A stretch of 62,063 nt of DNA, filler included. It is 6 parts of 6 records of this genome, joined end to end, with 100 filler letters (N's around TTAATTAATTAA, not from the genome) between each part and the next. Parts side by side here need not be neighbours in the genome. Positions count along the whole stretch, not along the records: positions 1 to 8,445 come from DRR723986_32888; positions 8,546 to 28,435 come from DRR723986_32904; 4 more parts are not named here. One strand, given 5' to 3'. Positions within the stretch are counted from its first letter, which is position 1. Each line of letters starts with the position of its first letter. The position numbers and the translations under genes were made by a program. Shown here piece after piece: positions 1 to 9,635 of the stretch. The notes under the pieces are model-generated. The model did no database searches, was not told the DNA's origin, and worked only from the letters and a program-made list of their open reading frames with translations.

Positions 1-23
1 TTCAATGAACTACAATTTCGGTT

Positions 24-545
24 TTATGATTTGAGGTAATTCAGCATCGTATCTGCGTCGGATACTTCAAACGGATCCGTTGGACAGTTATCATCAAAGC
101 CATCTTCGATGAACATTTTCTCAATGGTTCCATCATTTACCACCATTGAATAGCGCCAGCTACGCATACCAAAGCCCAAGTTGTCTTTACAAACTAACAT
201 GCCCATTTTACGAGTGAAATCACCGCTTCCATCTGGCAGCAAAAACACGTTTTTTGCGCCCTGCTGAAGTCCCCACTGATACATTACGAATGCATCATTC
301 ACGGAAATACAAACAACTGCGTCTACACCTAGTTCTTTGAACTCAGCATATAGTTCTTCATAGCGAGGCAAATGGCTGGTTGAACATGTGGGAGTAAAAG
401 CACCAGGCAGCGAAAAGACAACGACTTTCTTGCCAGCAAAGATATCAGCCGATGTTAGGTCTTTCCATTCGAATGGGTTAGGGCCTTCAAGGGCATCATT
501 GCGCACACGAGTTTTAAAGATGGTTTTTGGAACAGTAGTGACCAT
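24..545 (-). CDS. Peroxiredoxin (Prx5/PGdx-type redoxin)
   Basis: [12 protein letters not shown] peroxidatic motif, [17 protein letters not shown]. Confidence 0.93.
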   Translation of the reverse strand: MVTTVPKTIFKTRVRNDALEGPNPFEWKDLTSADIFAGKKVVVFSLPGAFTPTCSTSHLPRYEELYAEFKELGVDAVVCISVNDAFVMYQWGLQQGAKNVFLLPDGSGDFTRKMGMLVCKDNLGFGMRSWRYSMVVNDGTIEKMFIEDGFDDNCPTDPFEVSDADTMLNYLKS

Positions 546-631
546 GTATCTATCCTAATGAATTATTTGGTTACGGAATTTGGGTTCAAATATGTTGAGG
601 ACTATCTAACCCGCTCCGTAAAATCATGCAA

Positions 632-668
632 ATTGGTTTATTTAATGTAACTAATCGTATAAGGCGAT
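632..668. promoter_or_regulatory. Candidate OxyR-binding site upstream of the peroxiredoxin
   Basis: ATTG-N7-TAAT-N7-ATCG-N7-CGAT has the spacing of the ATAG-N7-CTAT-N7-ATAG-N7-CTAT OxyR consensus. Confidence 0.55.
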
Positions 669-765
669 TATGAAATAGATACACACTGCAAAAAGGCCAG
701 CGAGTGGAGATCGCTGACCTTCATGACAATAGAATGGTCGCAATCATAGGATTGCAACCCCAACA

Positions 766-1164
766 TCATGTCATTGCGGAAACATGCCAAATCAATAAAC
801 CGCCGCCACCAACAAGGCTAATTAATGTTCCAAGCGCGCCAACAACACGCAGTGCAACAGGCGCATTCTCACTCGACATTGATATGGCATGCGAAATTCT
901 GGTCACAATAAACAAGGCAGCCAAACCGACCACAAGCGCCTGACCTACGCCCAGCACCTCTAGCAATGTGAGCAAAATGAGCACCATTGGCGCATTTTCT
1001 ATGAAATTGCCGTGCCGACGCATCAAACGTAACAGGTCTTTATCGCCGCCATCACCAACTGATACAGCAGAGACCCGCCTGCGGTTTCCGACCGTAACCA
1101 TTAAAAGTGCCTGCATTATTGCCAAAAAACCAGCCGCCAGAGCGGTTACAATTGGAAGTTCCAT
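766..1164 (-). CDS. MAPEG family membrane protein
   Basis: Hydrophobic helices; GDGGD...RRHGNFIENAP; RISHA motif. Confidence 0.88.
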   Translation of the reverse strand: MELPIVTALAAGFLAIMQALLMVTVGNRRRVSAVSVGDGGDKDLLRLMRRHGNFIENAPMVLILLTLLEVLGVGQALVVGLAALFIVTRISHAISMSSENAPVALRVVGALGTLISLVGGGGLLIWHVSAMT

Positions 1165-1282
1165 TATAGTCCCCTTTTTTTAAATCCATTCTTGGTTGCT
1201 ATTCTTCTCACCATAATTGGGCACCCTTTTATATTCCACCAGCCATTGAAATTGAGATCAAGCGGTGCATATATAGACCACT

Positions 1283-2161
1283 ATGAATTGGGATGACCTA
1301 AAAATATTCTTGGCAGTAGCTGAAGCGCCCTCAATGCGCACTGCCGCTAGAAATCTGCGTGTTAGCCACAGCACTGTCTCGCGTCGCATCGATGCTTTAG
1401 AAAAACAATTAGAGGCCCGGCTTTTTGACCGTATGCCAGATGGCTATAAACTTACGCCTGCAGGCCAAGACTTACTGCCTATTTCTCAAGACCTTAGAAA
1501 AAATATTGACGCTTACGGCCTTAAGATTTTTGGAAAGGACACAGAGCTTGAGGGGCAAATCTGTGTAACCATGCCCGACAGTTTGGCCGTGGCTGTGCTT
1601 ATGCCTTATTTTGCTGAGTTCCAAACGATATATCCCGATATAACGCTTAAAATTGATGACTCAATTGAAGTGTATGACTTAAATCGCCGGGAAGCCGATA
1701 TAGCTTTACGGTTCACAAACGAACCAGCCGAGCATCTCATTGGCCGGCGTATTGCTAAAGCATATCAAGCCGTTTACGCCCAAAACGATTATGCGCAAGA
1801 GCATGATTTCTCAAACCCAGACTGCAAGGCCAAATGGATAGGCTGGGGTTCTCCCGAGGATAGCCCTCACTGGATAAAGTCGTCGCCTTACCCCCATTTA
1901 CAAATGGTCGGGCATTTCAATAATCCGCTTATTCAGCGGGAAGCTGTTCGTCAAAAAATGGGAATAGGAAACTTACCCTGCGCAATAATGGATAATGACC
2001 CAAGCTTTGTGCGGTTAACAGACCCAACACCAGCGTTGGATTTTTGGGTTTTAACACACCGCGACTTGCGCTCAACGGAACGGTTGAAAGTATTTCGGGA
2101 ATTTCTCTTTAGTAAAGCAGACGAACTCAATGCGCGTTTCCGCGGTGAGCCTAAGACATAG
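1283..2161 (+). CDS. LysR family transcriptional regulator, divergent from the MAPEG gene
   Basis: MNWDDLKIFLAVA..AARNLRVSHSTVSRRIDALE HTH; READIALR; 292 aa. Confidence 0.93.
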   Translation: MNWDDLKIFLAVAEAPSMRTAARNLRVSHSTVSRRIDALEKQLEARLFDRMPDGYKLTPAGQDLLPISQDLRKNIDAYGLKIFGKDTELEGQICVTMPDSLAVAVLMPYFAEFQTIYPDITLKIDDSIEVYDLNRREADIALRFTNEPAEHLIGRRIAKAYQAVYAQNDYAQEHDFSNPDCKAKWIGWGSPEDSPHWIKSSPYPHLQMVGHFNNPLIQREAVRQKMGIGNLPCAIMDNDPSFVRLTDPTPALDFWVLTHRDLRSTERLKVFREFLFSKADELNARFRGEPKT

Positions 2162-2164
2162 CTT

Positions 2165-2190
2165 AGGGAAGGACAGTAATGCCCTTCCCT
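2165..2190. terminator. Hairpin between convergent genes, probable bidirectional terminator
   Basis: AGGGAAGG...CCTTCCCT inverted repeat between two convergent stops. Confidence 0.55.
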
Positions 2191-2205
2191 CCATACACTT
2201 TATTT

Positions 2206-5200
2206 TTATTCCGGCTGCCAACTCGGAATTCTACCAGGTGTCCAAGGTGCGCCTGCCTCATCAAGCTCTTGCTCCAATGACTGTAGCCGTTCGCTAATGC
2301 TGCGCAACCGCTCCATTGCAACAGTAAATTCGCTTGATGCAATATCATACGCATTTTGGTTGCGGCCCGTCACCGGTGCCTGCGAACGCCAATGGCTGAA
2401 TATGATTGAGCCAACCCTGCCGGAAATCGATGTCGGCGTTGCTTCATTGCGGGAAGCAATTGTGCGGTCCCCATTCATCATTGTTTTAATCGTCCTCAGA
2501 TCATCATTAATTGATACCAGAGCCTGCTTGTGCGCCTCTGTGGATGAACTGGTGCGAATAAGTGCCGCCGTCAAATAGTTTATCCGACTGGACATTTCGC
2601 CAATCACACCGTTTGCGCCATCAACTGCACGACTTAAATCAGCAGTTTTCTTCTGGAACGCAAGCAATGCAGCCCGGTCATTAGTAATTTCCGGGCTATT
2701 ATTGAGCGGTTTGACCGTAAACGATTGTGGCGTAGCCAACGGTGTTACTTGGCCGTCTTGCCTAACAGACAATGACGCGGTGTAGGTACCGGGAAGTGCA
2801 AGCGGGCCATAGGGATCGCGTATCCAAGGCGGGTTATAGGCTGCTGCGCTAGCCAAGCTAACTTTCTGAGGCGCATCCAGCCGCAAGTCCCAAGTCACCC
2901 GGTGCAAGCCTTTGCTATGAGGCACAATAAGTCGACGGATTACCTCACCTGCTTGATCAGTAATCGTTAGTTGAACCTGCGGTGCTTCTTCGCTGTCCTC
3001 TGCCCGAAGCGCATCCCATGATGGATAGGGTGTATCGCCGCCATCCTTTTCAATCGCGCGCTCGGCTTTTCTACGGTTTGCCGCTTTCGTTCGATAAGAA
3101 TCATTCAGATAATATGAAAATACGGCACCAAATGGTGGGTTTTCAGCCGTGTAATAGCCGTCGCCTTGGCTGCCTTTAAGTTCGTTACCATATTGGTCCC
3201 CTTCCACATATAGCCAAGGGTTCTTAACCGGGAATAATGTGGCCCTCTCAGAGGCAACGGCTGCAGCGTTGTTTCTCAGCGGTGAATAATCATCTAAGAT
3301 ATAAACTCCGCGCCCAAAGGTTCCAACCACAAGGTCATTTTCGCGGCGCTGAATTTCAACATCCCGCACTGCAATGGTTGGAAAGCCTGCTTTCAACTGG
3401 TGCCAATTTTCGCCGCCATTTTGAGTGAAAAACAGGCCGTATTCGGTCCCAACAAATAACAAATTAGGATCTACATGGTCCTCCACCACCGTGTGAACAG
3501 AACCCCGCGCTGGCAAGTCACCACTAATCAAACGCCAACTTCTACCTTTGTTGGTTGTTTTTAACAGATACGGCTTATAATCACCGCGCTTGTGGTTATC
3601 AATTGCAGCATAAGCAACATTGTCATCATGCATGGATGCCTGAACATCTTCCACTAATGACATGTCCGGTACACCGCGGAAACTATTGACTGAACGCCAA
3701 TTTTCACCGCCGTCTTCCGAGACGCTGATCATGCCGTCATCTGAGCCCACATAGAGTAAGTCAGGTGTAATAGCGCTTTCGCTAAAGCCAATAATACTGC
3801 CGTATTTTGAGGTTGAATCGTTTTTAGCGATTGCGTCAACGCTCCAAACGCGCCCCATAACTTCAAGTGTATTTCGGTCTATTTTTTGGGTCAGGTCTGG
3901 GCTGATAACTGTCCAGTTGTCGCCTCGGTCATCTGAACGGTAAACGCGTTCCGATGAGTAATAGATTCTCTTGGAATTGTGTGGACTGATAACCAAAGGC
4001 GTATTCCAATTCCACTTAGGGGCATTCTCGCCAGAGCCGGATTGCGGCGCGATATAAACTCGCTCCGCTGTGCGGCGGTCATAGCGCGCCAGACCACCAT
4101 ATTGATACTGAGTATAGATAATATTTGGATCAGTTGGGTCGATTTGAGCTTCATAACCATCGCCGCCAAGAATAATTGTCCAGTCCTCATTACCTACGCC
4201 GTGCATGTCGAGCGTACGCGAGGGGGCGCAAAGCGAATTATTGTCCTGGGTGCCACCGCAAACATTATAGAAAGGCTCCGCATTGTCAGGTTGAATGCGA
4301 TAAAACTGTGTTATCGGCAAATTCCGAATTTGCCGCCACGTAGAACCTCTGTCCCAAGTTTCATAGGCACCGCCATCACCACCAATATACATATGGTTAC
4401 TGTTGGAAGGATCAATCCACATGGCATGGTCATCCACGTGACGGAATCGAAATGACAATCTGCTCCATGTCTTGCCGCCATCTTCAGACACACTGGTATA
4501 TGTGTCCATAGAATACAAACGCTCAGCATTGTTTGGGTCTACAATAATTTCGTTGTAATACTGCGGGCTGCTGGTCATGTGGCTTGATTGTTTGCGCCAT
4601 GTAATGCCGAAATTATCGGACCGGTAAACACCGCGTTCTGCATCGCTTGCCTCAATAATGGCGTAAATGGTATTTGGAGCTGAGGGCGCGCCAGCCAAAC
4701 CTATACGCCCCATATCATCTTTGGACGGTAAGCCGCTCGTCACCTTTTCCCAACTAGCACCGCCATCTGTGGTTCGTTGAATGCCGCTACCCGGTCCGCC
4801 GTTGATTAGAACCCACACATGCCTGCGTCGCTGATAGGTGGAAACCACGATGTTATCGCTATCTCGGGGGTCAATAACAAATTCGTTTACGCCAGTATGC
4901 TCATCAATTTCTAAAATTCGGGTCCACGTATCGCCGCCATCAATGGTCTTATAAAGCCCGCGATCGCCGCCCGCATTCCATAGCGGCCCTTGTGATGCAA
5001 CGATCACTGTATCGCTGTCTGTTGGGTCCACCCAAATCTGGCTAATATGGCCAGAGTCTTTCAGACCCATATTTTTCCAGCTTTTACCGCCATCGATTGA
5101 CTTATAAACCCCGTCGCCATTCGCAACTGACCGTTGGGCGTTATTTTCGCCAGTGCCAACCCAAACGGTGTTGGCGTTGTTGGGGTCAATAACAACTGTT

Positions 5201-5493
5201 CCAATGGCGTAAGAACCTTCATTTTCAAAAAGGGCTTGCCATGTGGTGCCGTTATTGGCTGTTTTCCATAAATTGCCAGAGGCGGTCGCCAAATAAAAGG
5301 ATTGAGGGGCGCCTTTATGAAAGGCAAAATCTGAAACGCGGCCCGAAGTAAGCGCCGGACCAATATTTCGCAATTTTAAATCCGCAAAAGGGTTATCGTC
5401 AGCCGCTATAATTGGCTGACTTAATACGCCGAATGCCAAAACAGTGCTTAGTCCAGCAACTTTCGCTGCCCTCATCAATTTAGTATAATCCAT
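2206..5493 (-). CDS. Secreted VPS10/sortilin-like BNR-repeat (glycosyl hydrolase-like) protein
   Basis: Signal peptide; many SxDGGxxW Asp-boxes; RNIGPALTSGRV; GGTQDN; coiled-coil C-terminus. Confidence 0.85.
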   Translation of the reverse strand: MDYTKLMRAAKVAGLSTVLAFGVLSQPIIAADDNPFADLKLRNIGPALTSGRVSDFAFHKGAPQSFYLATASGNLWKTANNGTTWQALFENEGSYAIGTVVIDPNNANTVWVGTGENNAQRSVANGDGVYKSIDGGKSWKNMGLKDSGHISQIWVDPTDSDTVIVASQGPLWNAGGDRGLYKTIDGGDTWTRILEIDEHTGVNEFVIDPRDSDNIVVSTYQRRRHVWVLINGGPGSGIQRTTDGGASWEKVTSGLPSKDDMGRIGLAGAPSAPNTIYAIIEASDAERGVYRSDNFGITWRKQSSHMTSSPQYYNEIIVDPNNAERLYSMDTYTSVSEDGGKTWSRLSFRFRHVDDHAMWIDPSNSNHMYIGGDGGAYETWDRGSTWRQIRNLPITQFYRIQPDNAEPFYNVCGGTQDNNSLCAPSRTLDMHGVGNEDWTIILGGDGYEAQIDPTDPNIIYTQYQYGGLARYDRRTAERVYIAPQSGSGENAPKWNWNTPLVISPHNSKRIYYSSERVYRSDDRGDNWTVISPDLTQKIDRNTLEVMGRVWSVDAIAKNDSTSKYGSIIGFSESAITPDLLYVGSDDGMISVSEDGGENWRSVNSFRGVPDMSLVEDVQASMHDDNVAYAAIDNHKRGDYKPYLLKTTNKGRSWRLISGDLPARGSVHTVVEDHVDPNLLFVGTEYGLFFTQNGGENWHQLKAGFPTIAVRDVEIQRRENDLVVGTFGRGVYILDDYSPLRNNAAAVASERATLFPVKNPWLYVEGDQYGNELKGSQGDGYYTAENPPFGAVFSYYLNDSYRTKAANRRKAERAIEKDGGDTPYPSWDALRAEDSEEAPQVQLTITDQAGEVIRRLIVPHSKGLHRVTWDLRLDAPQKVSLASAAAYNPPWIRDPYGPLALPGTYTASLSVRQDGQVTPLATPQSFTVKPLNNSPEITNDRAALLAFQKKTADLSRAVDGANGVIGEMSSRINYLTAALIRTSSSTEAHKQALVSINDDLRTIKTMMNGDRTIASRNEATPTSISGRVGSIIFSHWRSQAPVTGRNQNAYDIASSEFTVAMERLRSISERLQSLEQELDEAGAPWTPGRIPSWQPE

Positions 5494-5579
5494 TAATCCG
5501 CCCTTAAAATATTTCCAAAGTGTTGGCTTGGGCCCATGGAGTCCAAACCTAAATTTTGTTGTCAGCCTATATTTGACTA

Positions 5580-8444
5580 TCAGTCGCTGCCAGCTTGCTC
5601 CAAAGGCATTTGATTCAAAAGCCCAATGCCTGCTTGGCTAGCGGCGCTACGAAGAGTCGCGACATCTTGAGCAAGCAGCTTATTAAGCGCAGCAACCGCA
5701 TCCGAAAGAGCAGCTTCGGCCCGCGCAACCTGTTGAAGTGCCGCTTCGTTTGGCTCATCGCGAGTGCTGCCAACGTAGGAGCGCGCTTGCCCTATTTTCG
5801 CATTTACATTTCCGCCCCTGAACACAATGCCTCGTGTGCCACGAGGTATACGGAACTGCTTTTCCAACTCTTCAAGGGCTTTTTTGGCATCACCCGCTTG
5901 CTTGGAGAGTTTCTTTTGGTCTTCCTCACTGGCACTTGATGATTTAATCAACCCCATAAGGGTTGCAATGTCACGGCGAACGTTCATTAGCTTTGTGAGC
6001 GCATGTTGCATACGTTCGTTCAAACCCGATAGCTGGGTGCGCATTTCAAAGTTCTTTTTCTGAGCATCCGCGTTAAATTCAGTGCGCGGGTCGGCAAGAA
6101 CTCTGACCTCATGACTTGAGGTGTTTTCGCCCAATTCAATGGTCACGCTGTATGAGCCCGGCAACACTTCCAAGCCAGCAGGCAAAGTGCCGTCTTTGCG
6201 AGGCTTAGCTGGAGGAGCAGCCTGAATTCCATCCTGTCGCATATTCCAGATAACCCGGTTAATGCCTTTATGCACATCCGCCTTAAAGGTACGAATAGTT
6301 TCACCAGATGAATTGGCTATTTTAATCGTTGCCTTGCCAGTAGGTTTCTTTGCGCCGTCTTCTTCCCCGTCGGCTTCTCCGCTTTCAGCAGCGCGCTTCG
6401 CCACCATCTGCGCTTTATGTTTTGCGCTGTCAGGATGCTTCAAATCCTCACCGGATGCCATGAAGGTGATCATAGCGCCGTAAGGCTCATTAATAGACCT
6501 AAACTCGCCGTCACCGGGGAAACGTGTTGATGGCGTTTGACTGGCTATATATTGCTGACCATCAGTAACAGATAGAATTTTAAGCGGCTCTTTAAACGTT
6601 TCGTCGTTCAAACCGCGCAGCGCGCTATAATCATCAATCACATAGGCTGACCGACCGTGGGTACCAAGCACCAAGTCATTTTCTCGTTGCTGAATGGCAA
6701 TATCCATAACCGAAACCGTTGGCACGTCAGATGCCCATTTGGTCCAGTCTTTGCCGCCGTTCGTGCTGAAATGCAGGCCAAATTCAGTACCCACAAACAA
6801 CAAATTTTCATCAACATGGTCCTGACGCACAGACAGCGCATAACCGGTAAGGTCATCGGTCACGAGAGAGCGCCAGCGTTTACCGTAATTTTCCATGCGA
6901 TAAACATAAGGCCTGTTGTCGCCGCGCCGATGGTCATCCACCGCGACAAAGGCAACAGAAGCATCATACAACGATGGTTCAATCATCGGTATCCAGCCAC
7001 CTTTGGGACCACGGCGAATGTTATCTTCAACGCTTTCCCAAGTGGCACCGCCGTCGCGCGTTACATGAACGCGGCCATCATCCGTACCAATCCAAATTAC
7101 ATTGGCGTCAATGGGTGATGGATTAATGGATGTGATGCTGGTGTAATTTTCCGCGGCAGTTACATCCGGCGTTATGCCGCCGCTTTCGCGGAATGTTTGA
7201 AATTCAGGGTTATTGGTTGTCAAATCATCACTGATTATTTCCCAAGTTAAGCCGCGGTCAGTGGACTTGTGAACAAACTGACTGCCGTAATACATGGTGT
7301 TTGCATCAAACGGGCTTTGGGCAAATCCCGCATTCCAGTTAAAGCGCAGCTCGGTGCCGTCTTCCGGCCCCTTTGGGCGTATCAAGCGCTGTTCGCCTGT
7401 ATCAAGGTTCCAACTCACCAAATTACCGCCCTGGCTCATCGAGATGCCTTTGCGGCTGTTGTCCGGGTGCGGAATGGTGTCGAACCCGTCGCCGAAAGCC
7501 ACTTCCTGCCAGTGCAGGTTGCGAATGCCCCCGTTTTCAAACACCTCGGAAGGCCCACGCCATGCGCCGTTGTCTTGCAAGCCGCCGTATACATTATACG
7601 GCATGTCATTATCGACAGCGATATGGTAGAATTGCGCGAGCGGAAGGTTGGCAACAAAGCGCCACGTCTGGCCACCATCTTGCGTTATGCCCAAACCGCC
7701 ATCATTGCCGTCAATAATATGCTTTGGATTGGCAGGGTTAATCCACCATGCATGGTTATCAATATGAATATCATTGCGCGGTGCGCAGCAATTAATTTTC
7801 TCGATGAATGAGAAGGTTTTGCCACCATCTATGGACATTTTCACACGAGACCCAACCCGGTAAACCCGGTCAGGGTTTTGGGGGTCAACGGAAATACCAT
7901 TGTAGTAGAATGGCCGGTCATTAATATCATTGTCCGTATTAACTAACTTCCATGTACGACCGCCATCGTCAGAACGGGCCAGCGCACTTTTTTCTGCTTC
8001 AATAAGGGCATAAACACGGTTTGGATCACTGCGCGATATGGTAAAGGCAGATTTGCCCAAAATGCCTTTTGGCATGCCATCTTCTTCGGTCAATTCGGTC
8101 CAGTTATCGCCGCCATCATGCGAAACAAACAGGCCAGAGCCTTCGCCGCCTGATTTAAAGAAAAACGGCCAGCGACGGAACTGCCACATGGACGCAAACA
8201 ATTTATTGGGGTTTGACGGGTCCATCTGAACATCGGTTGCGCCGGTGGTTTCATCGCCTGCAAGTACTACCGTCCAGCTTTTGCCACCATCCGTAGTTTT
8301 GTATACGCCGCGTTCGTCGCTATCGCCCCAAAGCTTTCCCAGCACTGCCGCATAAGCTACATCAGCATTATTGGGGTCAAGCGCGATACGGTTAATCCGT
8401 TCGCTATTTTCCAAACCCACTTTGTTCCATGTTTTACCGCCATC
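5580..8444 (-). CDS. Second VPS10/BNR-repeat protein, 5' end truncated by the contig edge
   Basis: Same Asp-box repeats, GGLQDNG, VGTEFGL, GTHGRS; frame open to the gap. Confidence 0.85.
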   Translation of the reverse strand, partial: DGGKTWNKVGLENSERINRIALDPNNADVAYAAVLGKLWGDSDERGVYKTTDGGKSWTVVLAGDETTGATDVQMDPSNPNKLFASMWQFRRWPFFFKSGGEGSGLFVSHDGGDNWTELTEEDGMPKGILGKSAFTISRSDPNRVYALIEAEKSALARSDDGGRTWKLVNTDNDINDRPFYYNGISVDPQNPDRVYRVGSRVKMSIDGGKTFSFIEKINCCAPRNDIHIDNHAWWINPANPKHIIDGNDGGLGITQDGGQTWRFVANLPLAQFYHIAVDNDMPYNVYGGLQDNGAWRGPSEVFENGGIRNLHWQEVAFGDGFDTIPHPDNSRKGISMSQGGNLVSWNLDTGEQRLIRPKGPEDGTELRFNWNAGFAQSPFDANTMYYGSQFVHKSTDRGLTWEIISDDLTTNNPEFQTFRESGGITPDVTAAENYTSITSINPSPIDANVIWIGTDDGRVHVTRDGGATWESVEDNIRRGPKGGWIPMIEPSLYDASVAFVAVDDHRRGDNRPYVYRMENYGKRWRSLVTDDLTGYALSVRQDHVDENLLFVGTEFGLHFSTNGGKDWTKWASDVPTVSVMDIAIQQRENDLVLGTHGRSAYVIDDYSALRGLNDETFKEPLKILSVTDGQQYIASQTPSTRFPGDGEFRSINEPYGAMITFMASGEDLKHPDSAKHKAQMVAKRAAESGEADGEEDGAKKPTGKATIKIANSSGETIRTFKADVHKGINRVIWNMRQDGIQAAPPAKPRKDGTLPAGLEVLPGSYSVTIELGENTSSHEVRVLADPRTEFNADAQKKNFEMRTQLSGLNERMQHALTKLMNVRRDIATLMGLIKSSSASEEDQKKLSKQAGDAKKALEELEKQFRIPRGTRGIVFRGGNVNAKIGQARSYVGSTRDEPNEAALQQVARAEAALSDAVAALNKLLAQDVATLRSAASQAGIGLLNQMPLEQAGSD

Positions 8445-8445
8445 A

Positions 8446-8545
8446 NNNNNNNNNNNNNNNNNNNNNNNNNNNNNNNNNNNNNNNNNNNNTTAATTAATTA
8501 ANNNNNNNNNNNNNNNNNNNNNNNNNNNNNNNNNNNNNNNNNNNN
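8446..8545. other. Artificial contig linker
   Basis: N-run with central TTAATTAATTAA (stops in all six frames), 100 nt. Confidence 0.97.
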
Positions 8546-8633
8546 CTTGACCCCCTTTCGCGAGGCTTAGGGCGACGAGGGCATGGCGGATAAAGAGAAG
8601 GGGTGTAAGTGTAACACCGCCAGGGCGATGGGG

Positions 8634-9077
8634 TTAACGGGTAGAGCTTGACGTAGCAGAGGAAGGGTGATAGATCTCGTTCAAAGTGTGAAGATATACA
8701 CGGTTAAGTTTCAGTAACGCAATTCGAGAGTTGTGATCTTTAACTTGAGCGCGCCAGTTGCAAGCTGCGGCAAAAGGAGTAGTTAATACGCGTGAAAATT
8801 TTTGTAAATAGATAAGACATAGGGTTTCTTTATAAATAGAATGCGATAGGATAAGTGATGGATTGTAAATGTGACTTAAAAAGTTTATATCTTTAGAACC
8901 TTTACCAGCGACTGTTGCCGAAAAGGAATTGTAAACTTCTGTAATTTTTTTACCAAGCTTCAAGTTTTGGCTGATTCTTGGCAATATATTTTTAGCAAGG
9001 AACACGTAAAGTATTAAATAAATTCCTGCGAAAAAGCTAATCTGAGGATAGAAAGAAGTAATGTCAAATTGTGGCAT
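8634..9077 (-). CDS. atp8: Mitochondrial ATP synthase subunit 8
   Basis: MPQFD N-terminus, one TM helix, ILPRISQNLKL. Confidence 0.9.
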   Translation of the reverse strand: MPQFDITSFYPQISFFAGIYLILYVFLAKNILPRISQNLKLGKKITEVYNSFSATVAGKGSKDINFLSHIYNPSLILSHSIYKETLCLIYLQKFSRVLTTPFAAACNWRAQVKDHNSRIALLKLNRVYLHTLNEIYHPSSATSSSTR

Positions 9078-9635
9078 AGGGTTTATTCAAATGATTGTTC
9101 GCACCTAGCGCGAAGGGGGGATGCTGCGCAAATGCAACGCAGAGAGGTGTGACTGGAATGTACCACAATGCGTGGCGATCTGAGACACAGCGGTTGTTCC
9201 AACAAGAAGCAGCACAGCACCAAAAGCGTAACCCGTTCAAAAGGGGGGCAGAGGTTTTCGGAGTGTTAACTGCGACGCGCATCCCTTTGTTAAAGGGTTG
9301 GTTGAACCGAAGAGGGAGAGGGGGAATGGGAGTATAGATATTCGACATTCCATATCCCCTAGTGAATTGGGAATATGGAATGTAGGCAGAAAGCTCTCAA
9401 AAGGCGTGCTTCAAGAAGGGAGGGTCAGGAACATAAGCGGCGGAGCAGCAAGATGGGAACCAAGAACAAAAAGGAGGGAACATCCCGGCAATGACCTCCT
9501 TTCCTCTTTTGAGGGGAGAGCAGAGGAGACGTTTCGAAACCGAATGCGGTTTGTGGTGTTACAACGAAGTTCGGGAGGACGTATGTAAGCAAGAGCGGGG
9601 TTCCGCGGAAGCAGGCATTCGGCCGTCAATTTGGA

